Assembly: GCA_032718475.1 (NCBI GenBank)
Contig: JAUCBJ010002845.1
Span: 1-56,573 of the forward strand
Length of the DNA stretch: 56,573 bases
Direction of reading: 5' to 3'
DNA from: Nemertoderma westbladi
Taxonomy: Eukaryota; Animalia; Xenacoelomorpha
Shown here: in pieces, positions 13,111 to 24,945 of the stretch
Position numbering within the stretch: the first letter of the stretch is position 1
How the letters are laid out: each line of letters begins with the position of its first letter
Notes under the pieces: model-generated
Seen by the model: the letters and a program-made list of their open reading frames with translations, nothing else
The model's database searches: none
What the model was told of the DNA's origin: nothing
Made by a program: the position numbers and the translations under genes

Positions 13111-13375
13111 TATAAGATAGGTATAACGTTCAGTTAGTTCAATATGAATATAAGTATAATATCAATATAATATAATTATAGTGCAACAAACCACCACACG
13201 TTCTGACTAACTTGCTGACCGCAGGACTACTCTACTGCACTACTCAGCTACTGCGTACCGGTACACTTCCCCGCCACCCTTAATTCCCCACAGTCTGGCA
13301 GTTATCCGGTCGTCTCAGCCCCTCAGTCCCCAGTCCCTCCGAACTTAGGTCCTTTCCCCCCCCCCCACTCATATA
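13111..13375 (-). repeat. 3' LTR of the Gypsy-like element
   Basis: TATAAGATAG...CTCATATA on the + strand, near-identical to 17371-17635. Confidence 0.92.
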
Positions 13376-13399
13376 TCTCCCCCAGTTTCTGAAAAACTC

Positions 13400-16300
13400 C
13401 TATTCCGGTATATATCTATTTGGTTGTTTCAATTGACGGCCAGCTCGAGTTCTGTACGGTTCCGGGTCTGGAGTGTACTGAATAGTTTCAGTTTCAGATT
13501 CTTCTCTCTCATCACTCGAGATGTATAAGTTATTTATCTCAGATTCTTCATCACTCTCTGAATCACTTGTGTTAGATATGCTTACATTACATTCCACTTC
13601 CGCGGATTTCTTATCCATTTCAATTCTCCTAATGTCCTGTAGGTGGCGTCGAACCCCATTGATTATTACCGAACGATTATCTGGTACCGCTTCCACAGGG
13701 ACTGGTCCATTCCAGCGGTCAGTGCACCTACAGTGTTGTTTGTGCTTTGTATATACTAAATCTCCTACTTTCATGTTTTGGTCCACGGTTGGTTGTTTCA
13801 TTCTCTCTGTAATTCCTGGAAGTTTGGTAATGTACGTTTCCATGACCTTCTCTAATGGAGTCTTACCATCTTTTCCTACTGTTTGATTGTTCCAAAACGT
13901 TATTTGTTCACACGTTTTTTTTGACCTCGCTGCCCAACATTTAATCGTTCTAAGTATACGTTCTACTGCATTTCCCTTTGGCCGGTATGCACATGTTAGT
14001 ATTAGTGATATTTCCCATTTCTCAATAAATTTTTTAAACTCTTTGCTTTGAAAAGGATTGTTATCAGCTGTTATTTCTTCTGGTGGCCCCCATTCCGTGA
14101 ATAATCTTTGCAATTTGTTTATTGCAGTCTCTGCCGTCTTGTTTTTGACTCGATACCATATGGTAAAGTTTGTACAGCAATCTAATATGGATAAATATTT
14201 CAGTGTACCATTTTCAACGAAATCAACTGACAACCGTTGCCAGGCCCTTTTTGTTTTGGTTGTTCCTTTAGATACCTTTGTTGGTGTCGGATCGATACTA
14301 ACACATTCAATACATTTTGTACATACGTCCCTAAACACATCCTCCTCAATTCTTTCACTCCTTAGGACCTTGTTTTTACAGCACAGTTGCTGTAGTCTCT
14401 TAGCTCATACATGTGCAATTTCATGTATGACTTTTACTCGATTTCTAATTTCCTCAGCCCTTTGTTCCACATTATTTACTTTGATTGCATCCAGTACATT
14501 GGTTTCATTTCTCACTAAATCACTCTCAATTTGTTCTCCTGTACCAATGGCCACTATAATGGGCACCTTAGTGACTTCCGATTTAGCCATGGCTTTGGAA
14601 TTCTTGTCAGCGAGTCTGCCAGATTCTTGGTTGATGGGATTAACTGAATTTCAACTTCTAACCCATATTCCTTAACTGTTTTTGGTATTAACTCTAATCG
14701 TCATTGAATAAGCATTTTGGATAATCCTTTTGTTCTCAGCCTATGCTCGTCCCTTAATAGTGACTTAATCCATCCATAGAGAGTGGCTGAATCTGTGAAA
14801 ACTTTGAGTTTCTTTATGTCCCATTCTATTGACATATTTATGCCCTGTATAATTGCTGCGAGCTCTGCTGAGTTTATGTGTTCAGGGTCATCATCCCACC
14901 TCAGCCATGCTCCATCCTCCACCGTCTTTCCCCTGATTCTTATTAGTGCCCCAGTAGCAATGTCTGATGCATCCGCCCAGACCTCACCCTCTCCTGCATT
15001 CGAAACCGGCCAGTCTCCCTTAACAGGATCTTCTCGCTGTATGCGCTCAATTATTTCTACTAGTTTTTCTCTAACTGAGGGATCTATTTGTTTGTCCATT
15101 GGAACATCTGCTGCCTCTCTTTGCAACCAACTTAGCGCAATGTGCAGCCAACCAGCAACTAGATAGTTCCCACGAATCTGACCAACATAGGACAGCAATT
15201 GTCTGTGTGTTAGTTGTAGTTCTATTTTCTCTGGGTTGGGGATTTTTGCGTCAAGCCGCCACTTTCCATCTTTCACGTATATTCCGAGCACTCTAGCTCC
15301 ATCACTTACCATAGTTGGGGGTTTCGATAAGAGACCATACTTACTCAGGTGCTCTATCACAGTTTTTGTTGTGACTCCTTTAGACAGGTCAATATATATG
15401 TCATCTTGGAAAGGACTCGTTGCGTTTTTTATCTGTTCATTCTGCTGCGATGTTGTCGCCACTATGTTGTCTAATATCTTAGGTGCTGGCCCTAGTCCAA
15501 ACCCTAATCGTGTCATTGCATTTCGTTTCCCCCGATAAATAACTGTCTGATATGGGTGCAGATGTTTGGCTACTCGCACCTGCATGTAGGCCCATTTTAA
15601 ATCTATAACTGCCGTGCTATCCCCCATTCGCGCCCACTGTCTTAATTTCTCTGTACTCGCAGCTGCATCAGCACCTGGTTGCTTAACTATATTGTCATTT
15701 AACTCCCTAAAATCCATTATTGGTCGAACACGGTCCTTGCGTTCCTCATACTTTCCCATTAGGGGAATCAGTCCCTTGCAGTCCTCTGGGTACTCTACCA
15801 ACCACCAGTTTTCAATCCATTCATTCACACCCTGTTCATACTTCGCTCTGTATTCGGGAGGAATCCGATATTCAGTAACTCGGTTATATAGGCACTCAAG
15901 ACCTGAACCTTTTTCGAATTTGTATTCAACTTCCCAATATTTTCCATTGAAATTTGCATGGAAGTCGGACTTTTCTATCTTTAATGTATTTTCCCCCTTG
16001 TCCCCGCTCAATTGTCCACTAAAACTAGCTGCAGAGAGAATAATGTCACCCCCATTGTTTAGGTAAGCTTCTGTTAATCCATTTTTGTTACACTGAATTG
16101 TCATTCTTAGTCCTTTTATTAGATCCCAGCCAATTATTAAATCCAAATCACCAACAAGGCGATCAACTACCGTGAACTCCCATTCAAATTCCTCAGTTCC
16201 ACTCACCTTAATTGTAGTTAGAAATTTCCCACTTGTAACAGCTTTCGTCTCATTCAACATTATGATTGGTTCGTCGTTGGATTCTTCTACCAGTTTGCCG

Positions 16301-16533
16301 TTAATTTGGTTTGTTAATTGCTTCGATATTACTCCTCCACTGCTTCTTGTATCCAATAATGCGATTCCCATTCTCCCCCCGCAGCAAACATTAATAATAG
16401 GTAAATCGCCTAGTTTTCTATAACAGGGGAAACGCCCACTGGTGCATATAGCGCTTCCCCTCACTCGTTTCCAGATGCCATGGTTGCTACGCATCCCCTT
16501 ACCAAGTGATCGGTACCCCCGCATCTGTAGCAC
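13400..16533 (-). pseudogene. pol (protease-RT-RNase H-integrase) of the Gypsy-like element, broken into three ORFs
   Basis: Protease ALLDTRSS; RT RPIMDFRELN, IDLKWAYMQ, LGFGL..AP, FQDD; RNase H WADASD, HINSAELAA, FTDS; integrase H..AH, CxxC, WQRLSVDF, GPPEEITADN, GNAVER. Confidence 0.92.
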
Positions 16534-17337
16534 CCAGTCATTCTGTTCACACTCCCACTCCCAGCTGGTTTGCTTTGCGTATACATAGTCACATTATTCC
16601 CGTCTCCCCGTCCTTGGTGACCTTGTGCTGGTACCGGTACCATACAATTTCTTGCTATGTGGTCCAATGCACCACTTCGGAAGCATCCCCTGTTCCGCCC
16701 ACTAAATCCGATCGGAATCCCATTCCCCATACCGGTATTTGCTCCCCTCCCCATACCACAGCCTCCACCCCGTCGATAACCCCAAGCTCCCGCTGCTCCC
16801 ACACAAACATTCTCCAACTTGCTGCTCTGATCAGATAGCAATCGCTGCGCTTGAACTAGTAGCTGATCCAGATCCAATTCTTTAACCGTTAATGCTTTCG
16901 TCTCTCCCTGAATATCATCCGGTAGTCCACTCACATACTGAGAGGCCAGCATCGCTTCAGCGCAGTCACTCTCCACATCCTCTGTAATTAGCGAAAACAG
17001 TCGTCTTAAGTCTGCAAGAAATGTATCTACTGGTTCACCCACCCGCAGTTGACGGCGTTTAAACTGATCATAGGCTGCATTCGGATTAATGGCAAATGCC
17101 TTAATTATAACTTTTTTTTACATCATCATAGTTTGCTTTTCTATCATCGGGAAGTTGATTCACCACTGCGAACGCCAGTCCCTCAAACGAAAGGCGGACA
17201 TACGTCACCCTTGACGCTTCTGTCAGTTTAGCCTCAGTTTTTAGAATATCGTAGGTGTCTTCGAATATTCGGAACCACACATAAGGATCTGTACTGCCGT
17301 CGTATTTCTTTACATAGTCCGATAATTTTGGTGCCAT
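16461..17337 (-). pseudogene. gag of the Gypsy-like element (frameshifted), two CCHC zinc knuckles
   Basis: MAPKLSDYVKKYDGSTDPYVWF...; GEPVDTFLADLRRL; knuckles CFRSGALDHIARNC (degenerate) and CYRCGGTDHLVRGC. Confidence 0.88.
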
Positions 17338-17370
17338 TTTAGTTCTATATTTGTTGATGCCCGGTTAGCT

Positions 17371-17635
17371 TATAAGATAGGTATAACGTTCAGTTAGTTC
17401 AATATGAATAAGTATAATATCAATATAATATAATTATAGTGCAATAGACCACCACACGTTCTGACTTACTTGCTGACTGAACGACTACTCTACTGCACTA
17501 CTCAGCTACTGCGTACCGGTACACTTCCCCGCCACCCTTAATTCCCCAGTCTGCAGTCTGGCAGTTATCCGGTCGTCTCAGCCCCTCAGTCCCCAGTCCC
17601 TCCGAACTTAGGTCCTTTCTCCCCCCACTCATATA
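17371..17635 (-). repeat. 5' LTR of the Gypsy-like element
   Basis: Same termini as the 3' LTR. On the element strand it is followed by AGCTAACCGGGC and the gag ATG at 17337. Confidence 0.92.
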
Positions 17636-18443
17636 GATGTAACATGTCTGTTGCATATTGTCAGTGTGATCTCTACGGATGAACTTCTGAAAGTCTCGAA
17701 TGCCAACATTTTCTGTTCCAAAATCCCCACGAACAATCCGCACATTGTTCGTGGATACGAACAATGTTCTCTTGTTCTCAGTTATCGCTTCGAGGAAGTA
17801 GCCCCCGATAAATTTACTTGTCATTGTTAGTGTTATACACGTTCAACCAAATCATTTTCCGGGAATATCCATCAATGCACCCACTGGTTTCATTAGGGAT
17901 GTTACGCATTACTTATTCGAATTAATTTTATTAAGAACGAGCGTAAGCGACTGAGTGAAATATGAAACGAGAGCCTGAAAGTGAAATACGGGTACGTACT
18001 TTATTTAAATCGAATATTGTGGCTGAGTCACAATATTGTACAATACTCTAAATAGTAGGACCTATCTCACCTCCCCCCAAAACCTGAGATTTCGACTACA
18101 GCTGTTCGATACAATAGTGAGATGGGAATGTTGCTTAGCAACACAGCAACAACACCTGACACTATAATCAGCTTATCTAACAGCGCTGACCGTAGATAAT
18201 ACAGCTATTTACTGAATAAGTTAAAGTAAAATTAATATGTTAAAGATATTATAATTTGCTACAATATGTCGGTTGTATTGTCGGCCTAAGTTAAAGTACG
18301 TCGATATTAACAGAGCGCGTTCAGCCATTGATAATAATATTTTCAACCAATAATGCCATCAACAAATGCTGTAGATTGAATTGAAAATCCCGCTAAAAAG
18401 GTTGTACTTTTATTACCAGTATTATTTAGCCAATCAAAGTAAA

Positions 18444-18871
18444 GTTAGTAAGTCGTTCGCACGAGTTAGTAAGTCGTTCGCACGAGTTAGTTAAGTCGTT
18501 CGCACGACTTAGTAAGTCGTTCGCACGACTTAGTAAGTCGTTCGCACGACTTAGTAAGTCGTTCGCACGACTTAGTAAGTCGTTCGCACGACTTAGTAAG
18601 TCGTTCGCACGACTTAGTAAGTCGTTCGCACGACTTAGTATGTCGTTCGCACGAGTTAGTTAAGTCGTTCGCACGACTTAGTAAGTCGTTCGCACGACTT
18701 AGTAAGTCGTTCGCACGACTTAGTAAGTCGTTCGCACGAGTTAGTTAAGTCGTTCGCACGACTTAGTATGTCGTTCGCACGACTTAGTAAGTCGTTCGCA
18801 CGACTTAGTATGTCGTTCGCACGACTTAGTAAGTCGTTCGCACGACATACTAAGTCGTTCGCACGAGTTAG
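18444..18871 (-). repeat. Right subterminal 21-bp tandem array, inverted relative to the left array
   Basis: About 20 units GTAAGTCGTTCGCACGACTTA directly inside the right TIR. Confidence 0.93.
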
Positions 18872-19409
18872 CGAAAAAAAAATATTTTTTTTTCTCATGT
18901 CCCTTTAGGGGCTCCGTACTGTAAGATATTCCCGAAAAGACGTAAATTTAAAGAAGTAAATACATGGTCTGGTCCCTGAGGGTAGGTAGTTCGTTATAGC
19001 TGGGAAATTGGTGCTACACCAGGCACCATGGTAGTACCCGGTGCCTTGTCAATCAATGCTGAGAGCTACGCTATTACAGTACCTGATGCGGGATAATCCA
19101 TAGTGCCTCGTAAACAAGATTTACTGCAATTGTAAATATTGTGAAAAAACGAACGAACCTATTATGGACTAAATATTGCTGACCAAACACATGTAAGTCA
19201 AGTCCAAACCTTTAACGTGCGTGTTCCAACAATGTTAAAAAGTTCTAGTAACATGGAGCCAGTAACACAAAAACAACACAGTAACATAAAGTATGTACCA
19301 TACTCTCCCTGGAGTTCCAGGTGCTGGAAGCCCATTATATAGTGGGGCTTGCTGTGGTATGACAAACACTTATTTTATTTTATATTTATTTTTTTATTCT
19401 CTCACTCAG

Positions 19410-19560
19410 GTCGGGTATACAAGTCCTGTAATGCCCCGGAATACAAAGTAGATGCCGATTCAGATCGAAGATGCAACGTTCCTGATTTGGGAGTTGATGG
19501 ATTCAATAATATCGCCAGATCGATCATCGTAACTGGGATATTCCCATGGCATGTCTATAG
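19410..19560 (+). CDS. Host gene exon 3: rest of Greek key 3, start of Greek key 4
   Basis: Polypyrimidine tract and ctcAG at 19408-19409. Reads (G)RVYKSCNAPEYKVDADSDRRCNVPDLGVDGFNNIARSIIVTGIFPWHVY(S). Donor AG|GTAAAG at 19561. Phases match both neighbours. Confidence 0.88.
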
Positions 19561-19725
19561 GTAAAGCAAACATTAAACCGGATAGGGGTGGGGGTGGGTA
19601 GGTCTATAGGTATAGTAAACATTAACCGGATAGGGGTGGGAATGGGGGGTGGGGGGGGGGGGGGGGGTAGGGGGGGGGGGGGGGTTGGGGGGGGGGGGGG
19701 GTCTATAGGTAAAGTATACATAAAT
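19553..19725 (+). repeat. G-rich minisatellite made of three copies of the exon-3 splice donor region
   Basis: GTCTATAGGTA[A/T]AG occurs at 19553, ~19602 and ~19700, separated by AACATTAA(A)CCGGATAGGGGTGGG and long G runs. Confidence 0.8.
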
Positions 19726-20039
19726 ATGGTTTTTTATTTTTTCGACGCAATCATCCCTCTCTAGGGGAAATTCGTCGCAAATACAAGCTGATTACTCCCA
19801 AAAATAAAACTGTAACCTGTCTGTTCTATTGTGTTTAGTTTATTGTTTTGGTTAAAATAACGTGCCACCATAACCTGTTCATTTAACAAATTTATAATTT
19901 TAAATTGATACGAAATATTAATTCGCCGAGATGGTATTTTCGTCCAGTTCCTCCCACCCCCTGTCGGTCTCCATTAAACATATAATTTCACAATAATTTG
20001 TAATATATTAAACGTATAATTTCACAATAATTTATGGTA

Positions 20040-20640
20040 TGGTTGAGCATGTGGACGTCTACCTGTGATCATTGATCCGGAAGTCAGGTGAGGATCTTCG
20101 ACTACGTAAGGTAGGGCATGGGCAGAATTGAATGGGTTTTCTAGGATTGGAATTCACACAGAATACATCGGAAACTTAAGGTCTGGTTATCTAAAGCAGC
20201 AGTAGTACCAGTACTCCTCTACGGGAGTCCATGCTGGGCTCTAACTGCTGAGGACACCAAATCTCTGGATGGTACATTTACAGGAATGCTACATCCCTAC
20301 ATCGGGTTCACTGTTTCAAGTACAATGCACATATCTCCAACTAGGAACTATATAACATTGGAGTTGTCTCATTGGTTCCCCCAAGCTTGAAGCTTGACAT
20401 TGAACAAAGCCTCCTCCGGTTCGTATGACATTGTTTTAGCCACGAGGACCAGCCTGAGCACAATCATTTGCTTTGACAGCCCCATGGAAAAAATAAACAT
20501 GGTGGACAGCACCACCCACGACTTTCTTGAAATGTCTCTTAAAAGACAGACACTGGCCTTGAAGATGCGGATAATCTCGTGAAAGACTTGATGGATTGGG
20601 AGTTTTGGCAGTGCAACTTTGTTGAAAAGCCGGCATGGCA
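20040..20640 (+). mobile_element. Decayed RTE-like LINE 3' fragment
   Basis: Reads KLKVWLSKAAVVPVLLYGSPCWALTAEDTKSLDGTFTGML, matching the post-RT LLYGSE-x-W-x-LT...LDG...RML motif of RTE-type LINEs. Boundaries approximate. Confidence 0.65.
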
Positions 20641-22630
20641 TTCTTAATGCACACTGCATTGGGCTTGCCAATTGTGGATTGCATTGTGGTGGCAAAATAC
20701 TTTTGATAAGCCACTATAGCATCTCAATCTGCAGTTTCAATGCAGCAGGCCGATTTTTAGTAGTAATTAGGAGCCCGCTTGACAGCGGGATACTTACTGT
20801 AAGAATCTCAGGGATACTCTCTGTAAAAATCTCAGGATACATTACACTGACTGACATACTGACTGACATACTGACTGATAATTATCTAGGTTAAGGCACT
20901 TCCTGCATGGCGATTTTGATGAAATTTTGCAAGTACATTGCTTTGGTGGTTCATAATCGCGTTACAAAATTTCAGATCGATTCTATGTGTGGTATTCGAT
21001 ATATTTAGATTTTTGACATTGTTTTGTCGCGAAATTAAAAGCAATGGCAAAATAACAGCTGGTGTTCATGATGAAATATGGCTTAATATGTTATACACAG
21101 TCATAGAAAAACGTGTTGGTTGCCAAGTCACACAAGCTGTTGGTTTCTAATGTATTACCCCATAAGCTGATTGCTCTCCCAGTGCTTCCTAAGGGTATAT
21201 CTACAATAAGGTTACTCACTCTGCTATGTTGAGGGGTGGATCAGGATAATTAATTTTAGTTACACAAAGCAGTGTGTTGTGTCCTATTGCAGTCGATACT
21301 CACTGTGGATTGTCAAATGTTTTGTCTGGGAAGAGATATTCCGCTTGACGACGGGGTAATACCTATAGAAGGAAACTAAATTTGTTATTTGGCTCTATTC
21401 GTTGTTATTTATCTGGTTGTGCATCATGGGCATTTTTTATAAATATTCGGTAATCGTATCTTATATCTTGTAAACATGCTTGATAATGAAATTATTTGCT
21501 TCATATTATATTTTTGTTAGTGGTAGCTAAGTTGCATTTTTTATTATGTGGGGCGAGCCACAAAGTCAGCTAGCCTCACGCCTTGCAGTTTAGACAATTT
21601 TAGTTTACTTACTGCTGACTGACAGTTCTTTGTAATAGTCTTGGCTAGGATTTTTCCCCCGGGCTCCTTCCAGCCAGCTTGCTGGCTTTCTAGTAGTAGT
21701 ATTATCCAATTAGAATTAGCTCAATCTTACACCACTCCTATCTGTGTCATGAAAAATTTTCCTTAAATGTCTTACGTCAAAAGATGCTGACACAATCTCT
21801 TATCTAAGAGAACAACTATCCCATTCAACTAACCAACTCAAGTCATCGCATTATAACTCATCTCATGCTCCTCAGTGCACGAGGCAGCATTGGATTTATT
21901 TGGGCTTGTCAATAGCCTTCAAGATCAGTCACTGATTGAAGCACGCCAAGAGCGACTGAGAAAGACCACCACTGATTCTGTAGACGCTATCTCCTATTCA
22001 CAACTAAAGCAAGACCTTATCTCATCATAATAATGATCCAATATTATGAAAGAACCAATATATGATGCGGTTTATGAATTTAATACAAAAAACCGCATCA
22101 AAATTGGATAACTGTATGAAATCTGGTGTTTTCGGCTTTACCTCTCAAACTGCAAAAATACAGTTAACTGAGTGCATAATATGACAACCGCGTTTTATGA
22201 GTATTTTTAGGCAGATGGCAACGTAATAGAGTACTTTTCGAAGCAAAACAATCATATTTTCTAATGAATTCATTTGCTGTCAATTAAAACAACGTTGTGC
22301 AAATGCATTCAAATCACATACAGTATATTTCAGTAAATATACTCAAAATTTTTTAATTCCTATTTTTATTAGCTTATTCATACTCTGAATAATATTTGTA
22401 GGCCTGCCATTAACTCCTTCCTGGCTGGAGCGTACTGCAAAGCTCCCATATGCCACGGCCTAGACCGTACATGGTACGCTACTACAGTATTTATCAACGG
22501 TTTTTGGGTGCACTACAGTTTCCTGGTCTAATCTGGCTATCTAATCTGTATTACATTAGGACTACAGCGCACTTAAACGGTAATTTTACATGAGCCTAAA
22601 ATAATATTGAACTGCCTGGAGGTAATAATA

Positions 22631-22760
22631 CGGTGTTCGGACACTCCCCCCCCCCGGACACTTCCCCCCGGACAGTTCCCCCCCGCTCAAGTAGGACACT
22701 CCCCCCCGGACACTTCCCCCCAGACACTCCCCCCCCCGGACACTCCCCCCCCCCCGACTG
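22631..22760. repeat. CGGACAC(T)TCCCCCC tandem motif, probably one end of a MITE
   Basis: About 7 copies of GGACACT(T)C(n) after TA|CGGTGTT. No partner inverted end found. Confidence 0.55.
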
Positions 22761-23212
22761 TTCTTTCTTCGCACGTTCGTATTTTTCATTTTGTAACGTA
22801 AACGGACCGCTTGTATCCAGACAAGTTGGTTCCAATTTTCCTTTCGTAGCTCAGAAAGTGATCTTTTGCATCTCGATTTTACATTTTATATCCAAGTTTT
22901 ATTTATGGGTTTTAGCAATGCAATTACATCGTATTGTTTGTTAATCTTTAAACAATTAATTATATTAGATGACCTATAAATTCCATCCCCGGAATGATAT
23001 ACTGTGTTTATTAACTATAGAATTATAATAATTAATTGTTTTAATTATAGGTATTATTATGTAATAGTCTTCTTCAAATTGTAGCGGATGGGGGGGATGA
23101 ATATTATTGTTGCAATCAAAATTATACCTCTCCAGGGTAAAATCGACATGCGTCGACCTGTATTCTGTGTTCAGCATTACATATTGATATACATATTACT
23201 ATATACATACTA

Positions 23213-23484
23213 TCTTCTAAACCTATAAAAATCAAATTCTGTCTGTCTCTCTCTCTCTCTCTCTGTGTTCGAACTCCTCCAAAACGGGCCGAGGGATTGC
23301 GCTGGGACTTGGCATGTGTGTATAACTTTAACCAGCGGTCGTTATAGGCCACTTTTCGAAAAGTTTAATTCACGTTCGGTACCGGTACCGGTACGCCGGT
23401 AGGCCTATACCGGTGCCGCTAGCCAGTAGGCCTGTACCGGTAGCGGGAAATACCAGGTAACCTGCCTCGGGCCTTGCCTGCTAG
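23213..23484 (+). mobile_element. Non-autonomous Helitron-like element
   Basis: 5'-TC start after A, 3'-CTAG end before T. Subterminal hairpin CAGGTAA...TTGCCTG. Internal (CTGT)/(CT)n microsatellite. Confidence 0.65.
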
Positions 23485-23714
23485 TATACTATATACATAC
23501 TATATAGATATTATACACACTACATATTAAATTTCCTGGTTACTTGCAATATTTTTAATAGGATTTTGTTGAATTATATAATATTGTAGTAATTTATATA
23601 TTAATTTGGTTAACATTCAATACAGCTCCTACTTTACTGTCGGTAACTGTCGGCTGTCGGTCGTGGGATTCATTTCAGTAGCAGCTATATTCAGGCCATA
23701 TGTATTACTGTATC

Positions 23715-23875
23715 TACACAGACATTGCATTGTAGCCATCCAGGAACATTGGCTGGACTCAATTGAAGCTGACAAACTAATGGGCGAAATTAATACTAAT
23801 TTTAAATTTATACTGTGAGTGACAAGCTGAATAACCTGCATAGAACCCGTGGCGCAGGAGGAGTTCACTATTAAT
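23715..23875 (+). mobile_element. LINE apurinic endonuclease fragment
   Basis: CIVAIQEHWL followed, after a frameshift, by RTRGAGGV. Both are typical APE N-terminal motifs. Confidence 0.5.
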
Positions 23876-24823
23876 TATATTAGGCAGATTTAGTTACCGC
23901 ACCTAATAATATCCCTGACACCAATATGTCACCTTTATAAGTTGATAGCCAAAAATTGGAAATAATTAACACCCCTGTTTGTCAGCTACAAAGGTCAAGC
24001 TGACAAACAGACTAAATTAGTAGCACGTGACTGCGCAATCTACCAATTTATTACAGTAGAACCATTGTATTCATTATTATATTGGTGGATGAGAGTACAT
24101 ACAACCTGAGAAGCACTAAGCCACCCCCATATTGTATTGTGTGTAGATACCTACAGTGGTAAAATCCCAATGTCTTGTTACCACAATTAATTTTGAGAGA
24201 GGGAGTCACCTTATTAGCTAACAACAAACAAACCCAACCAATCTGCTGTACTCTAACTAAAGTTATTGCCAGCAGAGCCAATAGCAAACTACATACCTAC
24301 CCTGACCAATCAGGATAGATCAAATATTCCTTCTCTCCGAAAGTAGGTTATATTTGCATGATATTATTATTTTGCATGATATATTGTTTTATACCATGCG
24401 TTTGTTATGCAGGTTTAGTGCAGTTATTTTAGTGTTTATTTATAGTTAGGGTTCATTTTTTATAGGAGGCTGGTTTCTACTTGGTTCTATATATATACTG
24501 TATTACTTTATATATATTCTTATTATTTAAAACACAAATTTTCTGTTAATTTCTGCCTTTTATTAATCCTGAATGCGCCTTTGGGTTGGGGTGGTGCAGA
24601 TTGATAGGGGGGTTGAAGGGGAGGAACTTTCCCCTCTTCTTTGGTTTATTGACGGTTTGGTTATAAATTGCTTAAATACCGATTTTGTGATAGAAAATTG
24701 CTCAATTTTGATTTATATCTCATAATTAAGCCTCGTGCTGCGCGAAGGCACCACAAACGTGTTTATGCTGTATGTTCCCAGTTTATTCCACCTCTTCTTG
24801 GTTATTCTTTACTCTCACTGTAG

Positions 24824-24945
24824 TGGCATCGATTACACAGGCACCAATGCAAGGATGAATCCAGGATTTTATGGTGCCGAATTACCAGTTGAAAATATCA
24901 GTTCGTTAATGATTGACTGCCAGGAAGCTAGGAATAAGCCAATGC
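24824..24945 (+). CDS. Host gene exon 4: end of Greek key 4 and linker
   Basis: Acceptor ctgtAG at 24822-24823. Reads (S)GIDYTGTNARMNPGFYGAELPVENISSLMIDCQEARNKPM. Donor C|GTAAGT at 24946. Confidence 0.88.

Larger units (their letters stand above)
13111..17635 (-). mobile_element. Divergent Gypsy-like LTR retrotransposon, near full length, degenerate
   Basis: Paired 265-bp LTRs at 13111-13375 and 17371-17635. Perfect 5-bp TSD GATGT (13106-13110, 17636-17640). Polypurine tract AAACTGGGGGAGA (minus strand, 13376-13388). Domain order gag-PR-RT-RH-IN. Confidence 0.92.
8212..18916. mobile_element. Non-autonomous TIR DNA transposon (foldback-like) flanked by TA, now hosting two LTR elements
   Basis: TIR CGGAGCCCCTAAAGGGACATGA... 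at 8212 and its reverse complement ending at 18916. TA on both sides (8210-8211, 18917-18918). About 1.75 kb remains after removing the nested insertions. No transposase seen. Confidence 0.85.

Noticed and set aside
19524-19721. Proline-rich ORF; similarly the Gly/Pro-rich ORFs at 22586-22944
   Set aside because: These come from G/C homopolymer runs in minisatellites and have no coding support.
21715-22030. Possible LINE 3' remnant or extra host exon in intron 3
   Set aside because: It has multiple stops and only a vague motif resemblance. Exons 3 and 4 already join in phase and complete the Greek key.
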